DNA of 64,000 nt from Marsupella aquatica. Taxonomy: Eukaryota; Plantae; Marchantiophyta. The first letter of the stretch is position 1; every line of letters starts with the position of its first letter. The DNA is taken from positions 14,631,375 to 14,695,374 of the forward strand of contig OZ316897.1 of NCBI GenBank assembly GCA_973895155.1, given 5' to 3'. The position numbers and the translations under genes are program-made. The notes beneath the pieces were generated by a model, which was given only the letters and a program-made list of their open reading frames with translations, ran no database searches and was not told the origin of the DNA. Positions 36,512 to 50,028 of the stretch are shown here, one piece after another.

Positions 36512-38349
36512 GGTGAGGGTGGGGCAGGAATCGGCATGGAGGGTGGAACCCTGCCCTAGTGGACCAGTAGCACAGACGTGTGAATCCAACCCCCAAGGCC
36601 AATCAACACCATCGGATTATTCAATGTGACAATCTCAGGGACATAAGATCTCTAGAGCTAAGTTCCTTAGTAATCCATAACAATAAAGAAATTAGCATTG
36701 CAGTAATGAGTCTGAAAAAAGTGGCAAGTCATAATATCTGACCAAAAATGTGGCAACCTAGTAACTGGATTTGTGGGAAACTAACACTTTAAGGCTTGCT
36801 TGTGAGTAGCGCTCACATTTGGTGGGTCCCTTTAGATTGTCAAATCTAGCAAACCAAGAAATTGAAGGTTCTTGCAAAGTCTAAGGGGCAACTTGGGGGG
36901 GGGGGGGTCTAAACCAAAATACCCCCGCTCAAACAAGAAATACCAAAACCCCTCGCAGAATTTCTGTTGGACTCTAGGGAAAAGTTGAGACATTAATTCT
37001 GTGAGAAGACAAAGGTGCCACATGCGGGATGCAAATATGCAATGACAATCCCTCACTTTCCCTGGCGCCTTCCATGGAAAGCAAATCAATTTACAAGTTA
37101 TAAGTGGACAAATCAAAGAAAATGGACCCTAATGTTCTTCCACAAAACTTTGGAAGTCTTCAAACTGGACCATTTAAATGATTATATAGTTTATTGCGCA
37201 TGATGGGTCCTTTCTGTAGAAGTTCCCTCCCTCCCCCAAGGAAAATAGTGAAGAAATACCATACAATGGTGAAGAAAGATGGGGAAGAGAGTTTAGTGGA
37301 TTGGTACTGTAAATATAGCATGCTCATTTTTTGTCTTAGTGATCTGAAAGTAAATAAAATATGAGAGCATAGAAGTGCTGTTATATAAGTAAAGTGTCTG
37401 CCAAGAAAAGCACAGTGACCAAGAAAAGGTACAGTCAAACGATGCTACGGATGTGTGCACTTAACTCAGGGTGCCTTATGAATGACACTCCTTTCAATAA
37501 AAACCATAAACCTAGGAAAGAAAAACATGAGGAGAACTTAAAAGGCTATGCATTCATGTTCTTCAGTATCATTTCTCTCACTCGTGGTGGTGGAGCCTTT
37601 GGTTTCATCTCTAAGAAAACCCATACTGTGAAAGGGGGCTGCCAAAATAAGTTCAAAACACTCTAGAATACCTAAAACTAAAGGGGTCTAAAAATTAATT
37701 AAAAATGTATAGAATCAAAAGGCTGTCCCTTGATAAGGCAGATTGAAATGAAAATACATGACACAAAAATTTGAATAAGACAAAATCTGAAATGTGCATT
37801 CACCATTATAGCAACTTCAAAAATTTAAATAATAAATTAGACAGACAATCAAAACTTGAATTAACAATAGAATCTGAGTTACTATGTTGGCTCAGAATTG
37901 CAGAAAAGCTGTGCTTAATTGATTAAGTGCCCCGCAAATGAACCAAACGAGGGAAGAGATTTACTAACAATTTCATCAATTGGGACTATTGTCTGTGAAT
38001 AGGGAGGATGGATCAACAGATCAAGAGGAGGCCACGTTCTCTAAACACTGTCTAGATGTAGAGCCAGTGGCGGAGGAGAATGTGGTAAAAGTCAAACAAA
38101 GATGATGGAAGAAGCTAGTCATGAAATCAACAAGGAACTTAGGCAAGACCTAATTCTCCCATATTTAGCCACAAGGAATACCTAGTGTGAATTGAGGAAG
38201 GAACTGGCCAAAGACACTCCTGTTTGGTTGACTTGTGAAGTTCATAGACATTGACTGAGGTTGAAAGTTAGGGAGGAGGAATATACAAAGGAGGTTAACT
38301 TGTGAAGTTTAGGGTTTAGGTGAAAATAGTTGTTGGATTAGAAAGAAAA

Positions 38350-39000
38350 GAGGAAAAGGAATCGACAAGATTGCTCATTCCAAAGGATACAAGGATGTCA
38401 AATGAAGTTATCCAAAGAAGGAAGAGAGTTGAATAAGTTCATTAATGGAATGAGGGATGTTCAATGTAATGTCTTACTATTTGTATTATGGAACGGGCCA
38501 ACTACATTTCAAAGACTGACAATAATGCTTTCTTGCAAGTACTTGAATAAGTTCACCCAAAATGATATTTTCAGACAAAATTTCAGTTTATGGAAAAGGG
38601 AAGAACACTTAAAACATTTAAATCTCTGCCTAATTTGCTGTAGTTGAGAAGGGGGAGCCAGTCTTAATGGATAGAAATGTCCAGTTCTTCATTTTGTCTA
38701 AAAAGTATTAGCACGTATAGTGTCCTACTGGCACATATAGTGTCAAAACCGGGATTGTTAATGATCCTGATGCAATCAAGGTGATCAAAGAGATGCCTGC
38801 TTCTACAAGTGCCATTCAAGTAAGACGATTTTTGGGATCTGGTGAGTTTTACCCATACTACATTCAAGGATTAGCAGATATAAACGCTCCTCTGTGAAGA
38901 CTGATAGGAAGTCAGGCTGCATTAGGAAGTCAAGCTGCATTTTTGTGTGGGCCTAAGTATCCAAAAGCATTTGCAGGAGGGGAATTCCATTGCCCTAGGC
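38350..39000 (+). mobile_element. Degenerate Ty3/Gypsy pol remnant (copy A of a locally duplicated block)
   Basis: Translates as IKEMPASTSAIQVRRFLGSGEFYPYYIQGLADINAPL, the Gypsy RT-RNase H connection. Homologous to 58780-60780. Confidence 0.65.
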
Positions 39001-39264
39001 CTTGTAAATCTAACTATATAATTGTGAAGAGCTAGAATGAAGGTTATGCTCTAGAGTGAAACTTTTAGAATGCGACTCTAGCCAAGTATAGGCAGAAACA
39101 TACCATCATGGGGGTGGGAAATGAAATGAGCTCCTTTCAGTTCCCGCAGAATATGCTAGGACGTTTCAAACACAAAATGAATTGAACAAAAAGTGCATTC
39201 TATTTGAAAAGGCTTTCTATTGATAGAGGAGCGATAGCATTTCTTAACTCTCGTGATGGGAGGA

Positions 39265-39530
39265 AAATACCCAAAAATGGCGCTGCCACATAGAAAATGA
39301 CCTGAACCAATTTTCATTCATTCGTCCTACGCTGATTCACTGTGCTTTAATTTTGATGTTGTTGTTTTAATGTCAGGTCGATCATCGAGACAAAGAGAAC
39401 ACGTCCCTTTTACGGTTTGGCTTATCCCCTTTCGAAAGCAGCCACTAGGCACGCTTCTATGATTGGTGTTTTCGACTGGAAAGTATCCAATCCTGTACTA
39501 GAAGAAGCTCACAATCTGGACATTGCAAAT
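39265..39530 (+). pseudogene. Decayed fragment of SPP intron 1 / exon 2
   Basis: AAATACCCAAAAATGGCGCTGCCA and TTTTAATGTCAGGTCGATCATCGAGACAAAGAGAACACGTCCCTTTTACGGTTTGG match SPP 51567-51820. Frameshifted. Confidence 0.85.
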
Positions 39531-40223
39531 AATCAACCAACCAGTAAAACCTCGAGGCAAAGCGAATGGACAAGAAGTCCCACCTTTCGTCTGCATACGA
39601 CTGTTCCAAATTAGATCTGTTCACGAGTTCACATGAAATGTGTTTGGACTGGTGATCTAAACGCATCGAAGAACGAATCCTCACAATGTATCACGGAATT
39701 ACCTGAGGCCCATGCAGAAAGACAGATGAGGACTCAGTCCACATTTACACAAGTTTGGCTCAAATCTTTTGCTTCAGGAGAACAAGAATGACCAGAACCA
39801 ATTCGACGAAGGAAAAAGGCTTTCCTTTTGAAACATTTGTCGAGTCGAAATTACCTCGTCTAAGTTGTAACGTACCTGTATCATACGATACGCCATGTAA
39901 TCGTCCTACCAAAAGTCTCATCTATCAACCAATCCTGAAATTGATAGTCATTAGGAATCATAGTCAACAACTAGAATTAACAGCTCGGGCAGAGGGAAAC
40001 GTGGTGATCTATAGTTGCCTTCGAAGGTGGAAGCAATTTCTAATGCATGCCCGACCAAGGCGGCGCCTCATTGTCGACACAAACAATACCTATCTCGCCT
40101 TCTTCCTTATGTGTGACCCTGGCAAATGCACTTTAGCTAATTATCGAGCTTAGTGACAAACTACAGATAAAATTCCTAATAAAATAAACCTGCCAACCTT
40201 GCGATGCGAGAATTCTGCACTAC

Positions 40224-41636
40224 TTAGAGTGTGTCACATTGCATTTGCTTAAACCCGACGCGGCCTCCTGCTCTATCATAAAGGATTTGAAAATTTTGCT
40301 GCTGAATGTTGCCATAGATGGTAAACCCGTACGACCCAGCCATCGCGAGGCAAAGCGTACCCTGTTTATCTACCGTGACAAAATAGTTTTCAGCAGGAAG
40401 TGCGATGTCTGCCTGATCGAAATGGAAGGTGAGTGTGGGGACCCTCACAGAAGAAGAAGCTCCGGACACATCAAAGCACAAATCAAGTCCTGCAGGTGAG
40501 CCGCTGACTTGGGGGTACTGCATTTGAGACTGGAACGCCTGAACGACCACCTTGTATGCAGAACTCACCAACTGGGTAATAGTTGTGCCAGAATCCAGAA
40601 TGGTGCCTCCACTGCCTGAAGAGTCGATAGCGAAGACACTCGCAGGGATGTTAAGCAAGGTTCCACCCACGCTGATGCCCGTAAGCCCAACATAGTAGTA
40701 CGTGTGGTGATGAGAGTTCTGAACGATGGGTGTGTACTTCACAGTTCCTGAAGGGATACCTGCATTTCCGAACAAAAGGGGACTGGTCTGGGACGGGGAA
40801 TCGATCAAGCTGACGAGGCAATAAGAGAATTTACCACCAAAGAGTGAGCTGAGCTGGGAAGTGAATGAGATAGGTCCTTGGCCCAGCCCCACGAGCCCAT
40901 CAACACCAGAGAAGGAGCCCTGATTGTCGTGTCCACAGCCAAATGCCACGCTACCAACCTGCAGCGTCCCGCCGGAGGTAGTAGCCATGGTGACAGTATC
41001 TTGCGAAAAGGTGCCCACGGTGGTGGACTGATCCCCATACTCGTAGAAGTACTGGCAGCTGGGAGAGCAGCCCTCGACAACTGGCAGAGTCTGGCACAGA
41101 CTGTTGCTGCATCCCAAAGCTGCGTAGGAGCTGGAGGTTGAAGGGTCGAACATTGGGTTGGGTTGCTGGAAGCATTGTGTGCACGGGTTACACTGGATCC
41201 AAGTCAGGTCGCTGCCTGTGTCAACAATAACGGAGTAAGTCTTCGACGGTGTACCGAGATCCAACGCCATGACATACTCCCCGTTGCCAATCGAGACAGG
41301 AGACTGAAAATCTGTTGGTGCCACAACACTAGCACCAGCTGGGTTCAGAAACCTTGCCAGATATTTGGCCCTCGAGTTGCTTCTGCCCACAAAGCCTCGA
41401 ACTCGCTCTGTCAGCGTGAGCTGATCCTGACTGCTGCTGTCTCTATGCAAAAGTTCTGCCCTCGCGCTGATGGAGTCGCTTTCAAGCATCCGCCGACCAA
41501 CGTTGCTGACGGATGAGGATGACCCATTCACCAACCGAATGGACCTCATTGCCACGGAACTCGATGGCTGCAGCATAAGTAAGACGTAAAGTACCACCCA
41601 AAATTTGAGCCCGACAGCACGCATGGCTCTAGACAT
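40224..41636 (-). CDS. Secreted A1B (nepenthesin/CDR1-like) aspartic protease, single coding exon; probable 5'UTR intron 41691-42287
   Basis: 470-aa ORF with signal peptide, catalytic DTGS and DSGT, Cys-rich nepenthesin insert (QCNPCTQCFQQ), GNIQQQNF. Confidence 0.96.
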   Translation of the reverse strand: MSRAMRAVGLKFWVVLYVLLMLQPSSSVAMRSIRLVNGSSSSVSNVGRRMLESDSISARAELLHRDSSSQDQLTLTERVRGFVGRSNSRAKYLARFLNPAGASVVAPTDFQSPVSIGNGEYVMALDLGTPSKTYSVIVDTGSDLTWIQCNPCTQCFQQPNPMFDPSTSSSYAALGCSNSLCQTLPVVEGCSPSCQYFYEYGDQSTTVGTFSQDTVTMATTSGGTLQVGSVAFGCGHDNQGSFSGVDGLVGLGQGPISFTSQLSSLFGGKFSYCLVSLIDSPSQTSPLLFGNAGIPSGTVKYTPIVQNSHHHTYYYVGLTGISVGGTLLNIPASVFAIDSSGSGGTILDSGTTITQLVSSAYKVVVQAFQSQMQYPQVSGSPAGLDLCFDVSGASSSVRVPTLTFHFDQADIALPAENYFVTVDKQGTLCLAMAGSYGFTIYGNIQQQNFQILYDRAGGRVGFKQMQCDTL

Positions 41637-42999
41637 CTTGCTAGTAAGCTCAGCTCGATGAACTCGCCCGGCTCACTCCAACTGCTCAACCTACAGTGGG
41701 CAAGGTTACAAGTGTAACAGAAGCACAACCAGCTCAGCTTCAACAACTTCAACAAATTTCTTCGATTTATCCTGCACAAGAAGTGACGCTCGTATCAAAG
41801 GATGAATTGACTTGGCTGGTAAATCTGGCACAGCTCAACGAAGTGGGAGGAAATGAGAGAAAACCCACCACTAACACTTGTAAATAATCAAGATTATACC
41901 AGCTCAGACAAATATGTTCTATCGGTGAAGCACGTACACACTGTCTTGCTCACAGAACCTCAGTATCAACCCAACCTTACAGAACAGCAAACGCGAGAAA
42001 GCCCAGGCAAGTGCTTAAATTAATAGACAAGCTGATGCCTGACTTCAGTGCCCTAGTGTTGGTAGGTGCTGGCGCTAACGAGATGCACATGACCAACTCT
42101 GTACGTAGCAAAGATGAACTGTCCAGCACTCGATCAGCCTAACAACCTGATTTCAAAGCCCGAGGCAGAACGGGCTGTGCTCACTCACTGACATTCGACA
42201 AGGATCAAGCGGGAAAGACAGACATATATCCCATTCAGCAGGCGGCGACTCGATCAGTAGACTAGGGGTCGTAAACAATCCACTTACAGGCAACTGTTTG
42301 GCTGGAAGACACAAAACAGACAACCCACGAATACGATGAGCACAATGGGCCGCCTCTACGACCGATCAAGAACGACATATAATCGTAAAAAACCTGATCG
42401 AATCTCGCTCTGACTTTCAGTCCAACCAGAGTCACGCCAAGGTCCACGTACAACAGGAAGCTGAACAAACGACCTCGTTGACGCAATGCAGGGCTGGCGA
42501 TCAAGAAGCTGGCAACAGCAGCGAAGAACAGAACTGGGCAGCTCTCAACTCAGCTCAGTCAGCTAAGCTAAGCTCAGCTCAGCTCAACTCAACTCAACTC
42601 GGTTGCTATCGCATTCGTCCTCCTTTCTTTTCAGAGGGGACAGCACAAATGTGAAATTCTGGTTACTCATGTGGTCCCGGAGGTCCGAATTGGCACTACG
42701 ACGAGTGAGTGAGGGAGTGGGGGCAAGTGTTCATTACAATCGGACTGAGTCACTGAGCTGAGCTTTTGCGGCTGGAGTGCTGCGCGAGTGGGCAGGACAG
42801 ATGGGCAGGGAGGGAGGCAGGGAGGCAAACGGTTCATGTTTGGGGGAAGCGAAGGCGAAGGCGGGTTCGCACTGTCATGCTCGTGCAGTGTGATCATTTC
42901 CCAACCAGATCCTGTACAGTCCTTTTTAGTCCTTTCACCGCGGCTTCCTTCCTTCCTCCCCTCGCTGCACGTAACTTATTATTAACCCACTCGGGTACA

Positions 43000-43502
43000 G
43001 TCACCTCTCTCTCAGTGCACTCTCCATAAGTGCACATCCTGGACAGTTGCAGACTTGCAGTGCTGCACGGTGACTCGCTCTTCCCCTTTGTTTCCCACCA
43101 GTTTGGCACTTTTTGTAGAATAATAAAAGTCTTGTTTAGTGGGCACCATCTCTCTCTCGCTCTCAGTGCAAATCCTGGACATTGGCACGGTGACTCGCTC
43201 TTCCCCTTTGTTTCCCACCGTTTTGCAGTTTTTGTATAATAATAAAGTCTTGTTTAGTGGGCATCATCTCTCTCTCTCTCAGTGCACTCTCCATAAGTGC
43301 AAATTCTGGACAGTTGCACGGTGACTCGCTGTTCTGTTTCCCACCATTTTGCACTTTTTGTAGAATAATAAAGTCTTGTTTAGTGGGCATCATCTGTGTC
43401 TCAGTGCAAATCCTGGACAGTTGCACAGTGACACGCTCTTCCCCTTTGTTTCCCACCATTTTGCACTTTTTCTGAAATAATAAAGCTTGTTCATTGGGCA
43501 TC
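43000..43502. repeat. Four tandem copies of a ~120-bp unit
   Basis: Repeated GCACGGTGACTCGCTCTTCCCCTTTGTTTCCCACC…AATAAAGTCTTGTTTAGTGGGCA. Confidence 0.92.
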
Positions 43503-43712
43503 TTGGAATACAATGCCTGGCAAAATAAGAGCTTCAGGCCGAGTTTTGAGTGGCTACTATTGCCCTTGGAACAGGACCTTATTACTTAAAAGGCCTCCGG
43601 TATTTTATGCTACTAATTTTAGGAAAAATAGAGGAGAAGCTTCAAATATACAATTGCATTACGCGCATTTATGGGTAAGCAAATATTTCTTTCTACTTGA
43701 AATTATTGATAA

Positions 43713-44240
43713 CTAGCTCAATACCTGTGCGTTGCACAAAAGAAGTTGTGTCGGCCAAGATGTCGTTGAGAAAAAATGATGTCATGTTAGCCAAGAGGTC
43801 GTGGAGAGAAAAGATGTTGTGTTGGCCAAGAGGTCTTGGAGAGAAAAAAATGTTGTGTCACCCAAGAGGTCGTTGAGAGAAAAGATGTCTTGTCGCTCAA
43901 GACGTTGTTGAGAGAAAAGATGTTATGTCGCCCAAGATGTCGTTGAGAAAAAAAGACGTGTCGGCCAAGAGGTCGTGGAGAGAAAGTATGTCGAGTCGCC
44001 CTAAAGGTCATTCATTGAGAGAAAAGAAGTCGTTGGGAAAAAAAGATATCATGTCAACCAAGAGGTCGTTGAGAAAAAAGATGTTGTCTTGGCCAAGAAG
44101 TTATTGAGAAAAAAGATGTCGTGTCGGTCAAGATGTCATTAAAATAAATAAATTATGTCGGCCAAGATGTTGTTGAGAAAAAAGATGTCGTGTTGACAAA
44201 GACATCGTTGAAGGAAAAGATGTCGTGTCGGCCAAAACAT
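43713..44240 (-). mobile_element. Helitron-like 3' terminus with an adjoining ~35-bp minisatellite (GTGTCGGCCAAGATGTCGTTGAGAAAAAAGATGT)
   Basis: Plus strand A|CTAGCTCAATACCTGTGCGTTGCACA equals a minus-strand hairpin followed by CTAG|T. The minisatellite spans 43745-44235. Confidence 0.6.
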
Positions 44241-45869
44241 CATTTAGGTAAATTTGCACTTATGAAGTAGGGGATCATATTTAGATCAGGGACATCCAGT
44301 TTAGTGAGGTAGCCAAGAGAGTGTTGCCTGACAAAGGGTCCCTGGCAAGCAATAAATGTAAATTGCAAATTATTAACACTTATGACGTAGTATAAACCAT
44401 CATTAAGTGCACACGGGAGACTTCTAGACTTCTAGTACCCAGGATTCTGCACTTAGAGAGAGGTCACCTTGTTGTACTGTACCTTGTTGTACTGCCACTT
44501 AACCAATTTTCTAACAACCCTCATTTAACCAATCAGATGAAAAACATTGAAGAGAAACAACAAAGAAAAAAGTGATTCACGTTGGGGGGACACAAGAAAG
44601 AAGAAAATGGATGGGAGTTTGGGGGTGGGCAAGTAAGGGAAAATAAATTTGGGGTTGCAAGTTTACATTTTATTGAGCTTTTGGTAAGCTTTAAGCACTA
44701 ATTATTTTCCACTTTTGTTGAGCTTTATTTAAGGCTAACCACTAATTATTTAAAATTGGTATGGTCATCGAGTGAATGCATTAAATTCTACTAATGAGGT
44801 AGGGTTCGTTTACATGAATTGCATACAAACTCCAGTGAGTGGCACATGGAATAGAAGATACAAGCTGGGAACCATTAATTTAATTTTCATGTGTCACAGT
44901 ATTATAAGGTTTGAAAGGGACACCTATTTTACTTCTTTGGGCACGTTATTGATATTGTCAAAGCAACATCCCACCCTCCCAACCCTGAAAATAAATGTAA
45001 TTGGGCTTCCCCCAAATATTAACTGTCACCGATTGTTTTCTATGTTATGTGATCGAGTTGAGTTGGCCAATCGTCAAGGTCTATCAGGGAAAACATGTGG
45101 GACTCACCTCATATGTAATTCTAACCTATTAAAACTATGAAAAGCCTTAGATCTTCCCTAATCTTAAGTACAAGCATAGCATCTTCAAAGATTTGGCAAA
45201 TCCAACTTCTGCTGAAGGCAGCTTTGGACAAATTGTTTAATATTCTCCCCGTTGTTATTCTTTGTATTATTTTTCTGGAGACTGGAAGATTTTGGCATTA
45301 TTAAGTCAATTTATAAAAATAATTCCCAACAACAATTACTACGATAGTGTCATCCTTGCTTGCGCAAAAAATCACAGCTATAAAGAAAAAATTATACCTC
45401 ACTAACAAAGTATTTTAGAGTCCCTATGAGATCTCAAAATAATTTTGTGATGCGATTATAAGAATATCCCAAACATTTTAATATATAGGCTGACTTTGCA
45501 ATCTATGAGATATTTATGGACCCCAATGGGAATCTCCTTCCAAAATGACTAGGAGCTCGTGCGCCACATCAGTGCTATGGGTCACAAACAAGTATGGCTT
45601 CAATAAGAACCAAACCTAACAATTAATTTGTGTTTGAGGCAAGGCAAAAGAAACGCCCCATAATGATAAAAATAATGAAAATAAATAAGTAACACTTGAA
45701 ATAAAACCAACAAAGGGGTAAGAGAAAAAAACCTTTTGGTTGGGTATTGATGGATATATCATTGTTCCTCCAATAAGATATTTGAAGTGAAGTTTATATT
45801 TAATGACAAGTTTTTGAAATAGCCATGCATAGAAAGAATTCCTTTGAATACTTACTATAACATTTTGCA

Positions 45870-46170
45870 TGGACTCTATGGAAAGAGAAATACCAAGGGA
45901 AAGTAAGGGGACAAAGGAATATGGGCAATGGAATATCAGGGAATGTAAGAGACCCTTTGACTACTATGGACAGAAGGATTGCAAAGGAATGTAGGAAACC
46001 CTTCCGCTACTATGAACATTGGACTACCAAGGGAATGTAAGAAACCCTTCGACTACCATGATTGGACAAAAGAATACCAAGGGCACATAATAAACCCTTT
46101 GACACTATGACATTTCACATGAACCATATGGAATATTACATGGTTGGACATAGGATTACTAAAGGAACAT
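45870..46170. repeat. Degenerate ~45-bp tandem repeat
   Basis: Recurrent ACCAAGGGAATGTAAGAAACCCTT.GACTACTATG. Confidence 0.7.
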
Positions 46171-48171
46171 GTATGCGTGGACTCTTACCATTAATAATCT
46201 CCTCTTTGTTTTCAATGAAATTTAATGTGCCCTAATACCTAGAAATCCACTCCATTCTAAACATTTCATTTGATCTTTGTCATCTTATCTCCATATTCAA
46301 ACCTATTCCAATATGCAACTTTTTATCTCCAACTTGTCGAGTAACATCAAGCTTAAACAACCGAGCTAATTTCTCCTCAAACTAGTCTTTAAAAACATGT
46401 ATTAGTTTTAAAAACATGTATTAGTTTCTTTATAAGCATTATGTCAGGGTAGACGAACTAATTTAGGTAACTTGTTTAGGTGTAAACTTGAACTAATTTT
46501 AGAAACATGTATTAGTTTCTTTACAAGTATTATGTAAGATTTAACGTACTAAATAATTTAGGTAACTAATCTAGGTGTAAACCTAGTCAGATGTAAACTC
46601 TAATGACTTTATGAGGTAAATTTGAGCTTAGGCTTCATATTTTGTCAATCACATCCAAAGTTTTAATCACTACAGTATTTATTTGTTGCGGATTGCACTA
46701 CGGTATGGGAACCCTAACTTATGTGCTGATACTTCATTATTGGGACGTTCTCCCTTCTCTCGTGGGGTGGGTTTTCATTGTTCTCTTCTCTTTCTTTGCA
46801 GGGTTATGATTTACAATTCATGGGGTTTGCTCGACTCCTGTTCCCTGATGAAGAGGTGAGAGGAAGCATAGGTCAAGATGAGGCAACTCAAGTTTCACGA
46901 GAAGAAACTGCTGAAAAAGGTTAATTTTTGGACCAGATTGTAGAACATGAAGACTACCACAAGTGATTATGATAATGCAGGTTCTTTGGGCTTATGGATT
47001 CGGTGCGTTGAGTCAATGTGTGGATTTCATTGCTGTAACTGTCTCGCACTTGAAGCGAGTTGGGGTTGCAGATCACTTAATATATCTCAATAACAGATGC
47101 TGCAGGTATAAAAAAATGTGCGGATGGTTACCAAGTTTGTGAATGTAATGAAAAAGCTGCACACTCACCTCATTTTGCTTCATATGCTTTATGAAATTGA
47201 TCACAGTAATATAAAAACATCTATGTTGGATCATGCGGGATGCTTACAGTTTTAGTAGATAATCTCTCAAGTTATGGTCTAGGCTAGCACTTTCAATTCT
47301 TGTTTGAGTTTGCCTAAGAGTGTATACACCATTTGTGAGTGATACTTGAAAGTAGAAGAATAGTGTTCTAAACCAATTTATGTTTTATTTAAATTAAAAA
47401 TTTTGGCCCATGTTTTCAAAGTTATTTTCTTGGAAATTTGATTATAATAACAGTTAATAGTGTGTGTGTGTGTGTGGGTGGGGGGGGGGGGGGGGAGGGG
47501 GTAGGAGATGATGATAGCCCCTCTCAAAGTGCACAGTTGCTTCAAGAAATGTTCCATAATATATATAATAGTTGAAAAAATTCTAGAATTTCTCTAATGT
47601 TTCAGTAATTCTATGGAGCATAGGGTTTTGGGAAAGGAAGCAGAAATTTGTCCTATTGATCACACCAAAAACTCTTCTAAGTTTGTGTCCCTCCCCCAAA
47701 AAACCGGAAAATGAATAAAAGGGCTGAAAGAAAATCCATCTATCTATTGATATATAGAGAGAGAGATTTCACTAGCAGTTTCCTTATCTACCCTTGAAAG
47801 CAAGAACAAAAACGTAGTCACTCTTAATCTGGCTACCTGCAATACTAGGGATTAATTAATTAAGAAACTGGGATTGTAAGATACTTACAATAAATATTAA
47901 TTTTTCAAATGAATAATAGAGCCATGAAGTTATCAATGAAAAATTGTTCTTTGGCTTCAACATGATTTCTCCTATGGCCCATTCGTATAAACCTTCCTAC
48001 GCAGATGAATCTGATTACTTTTCACCCAAAAAATATGTATTTTTTACTAATGAAAAAATTCTGAAAACCTTTTTTCCCAATCCATCCGGGTGCACAAGAA
48101 GTCCATCCAGGCATTACAGAACTCCTTTAGGGAAGTGGGGTTTCCTTTTCAATAGGGCGACTTCCTTTTCA

Positions 48172-50006
48172 ATTTAGGGAGACGCTTCCTGCATTGTCAT
48201 TCAATGCACCTCGATTCTCCCCCACACCCCACTCTCCCCATTTTTGGGTCCCACTTCACTTTCTGGCCAGCCCCATTTTTGGGTCCCCGTTCAGTTTTGA
48301 GGTGGGCACCGATTTGTGAGGAGATTCTAATGCTTGACTGTTTTAACTTCTTCGAAAATAATGTAAAACTAGGTTGTAATATCAATTTTAGGTGATGAAA
48401 TATAAAATAATTATTAAATTTTAAATGGTAATGAGTATGGAGAATTGATGCACTGTGTGACCTAGTGGTATTGGAGCTCAGTTGAGACTACTAGGTGACA
48501 TGTTCAAGGCGTGCAATTTTTCTTTTCTTTAATCTTTAATGGATAGGAATGAACGTTAGAGGGGGTGGGGGTGTCTAATTGTATTTGAACATGGAAATGG
48601 TAAATGAGATATATATGGGGAGTTCAAGTAATTTGGAGCTAGAAAAAATAACAAAAGAGAAACCCATTAGAGGCAGGGATTAAAATTAACCTCTTTTGTT
48701 GGCTTCTTGTACCTGCCCATTGTTGTTGAGAGGTGCCAATCATGTTCCTGGTGGGGCAACTACTTTCAGTTGTAGGAAGAATCCAACAAAAGAGGTTAGT
48801 ACAAGAAACCAACAAAAGAGGTTAGTAGTCAAAAGGCAAACAATATTAGAGGTGGTGTTGAGAAGAAACAGGAGAAGAAAGGCCTTGTGCAACAAGCTGA
48901 GAAAACAAGTAAGACAAAAGAAGGCCCCTATGAAAAGGACACAAAAACTAACCCAGTAAAATTCCCCTATGAAGCGAGTCCAAAAGTCCGTGGTAGAGAA
49001 GACAACAGGGCTAGGATTGGGAAGTGTGCTCCAATTGACACAGGGTTTTGATAGTTTGCAAGGAATTGGCACAAGCATGGGTCCTAATTCTTTGATTGTC
49101 TTGACAAATGTGTCAAGCACAACACCTTTGGTAGACCCTGTTGTTTTCCAGGGTAGCCAACTTAGACCATTTCCAGCCTTGTCCATACAAACAATATGTG
49201 ATTGAGTGATTAATTGTAGGGTGGTAGACTGCCATTGGCATGCCTAGCATCCTGCCATATCTTTTTTGATTTGAAAACAAAATTCAGGAACAAAGTTTTG
49301 CTTCTTATACAATAGGATGTGTGCTTACCATGAAATCAATGGTTTAGGAGATAAATGGTTTTTTATGTGATCATGTCTCCTCAAATTTTCTGATGTTGCT
49401 ATGTGGCGCATCCTTGTCTCATGTCCCCAAGTCCAATTTTTTTGGATCTTATTTTAATTTTAATCCCTGCCTCTGATGGGTGTCTCTTTTGGTATTTTTT
49501 CTATCTCCAAATTCCTTGAACCCTCCGCATATATATCTCCTTTACCATTTCCATTTTCAAATACAATTAGACACCCCTGCCCCCTCTAATGTTCATTCCT
49601 TTCCATGCCTTTGATTATAGAAAATAAAAGTTGCCGTTGTGAGCCTCTAACACGCCAACTTGTAGTCTCAAGTGAGCTCCAATACCACTAGGTCACACAC
49701 TACTTCTGTGCATCAATTCTCCATGCTCATGCTCATTTAAAATTTAAAAACATTTTATATTTTCTTGCTTAAAATTGATATTGTAACTTAGTTTTATATT
49801 ATTTTTGAATAAGTTAAAACAGTCAAACATTAAATTCTACTCAAAAATCTGTGCCTCTCTCAAAACTGAACTGGACCCAAAAATAGGCTGTCCTGAAATT
49901 GAAGTGGGACCCAAAAATGGGGAGAGTATTCCGGTGGGTGTGCGGAGGAAAATGGAGGGGAAAAATAGAGGTGCACTGAATGACAAAGCAAGGAGTCTCC
50001 CTGAAT
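48172..50006. mobile_element. Mutator-like (MULE) foldback element with ~520-bp TIRs and an internal transposase remnant
   Basis: 48172-48690 is the diverged reverse complement of 49453-50006. Flanks TCCTTTTCA / TCCTATTCA form an 8-9-bp TSD with one mismatch. Internal ASCTCP…H (SWIM-like) plus a K/R-rich stretch. Confidence 0.85.
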
Positions 50007-50028
50007 CCTATTCATGGGCTTCATATTT

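Larger units (their letters stand above)
42998..44479. mobile_element. Non-autonomous Tc1/mariner(pogo)-like element containing tandem repeats
   Basis: TA|CAGTCACCTCTCTCTCAGTGCA on the left; TGCACTTAGAGAGAGGTCAC…ACTG|TA on the right. Confidence 0.6.
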
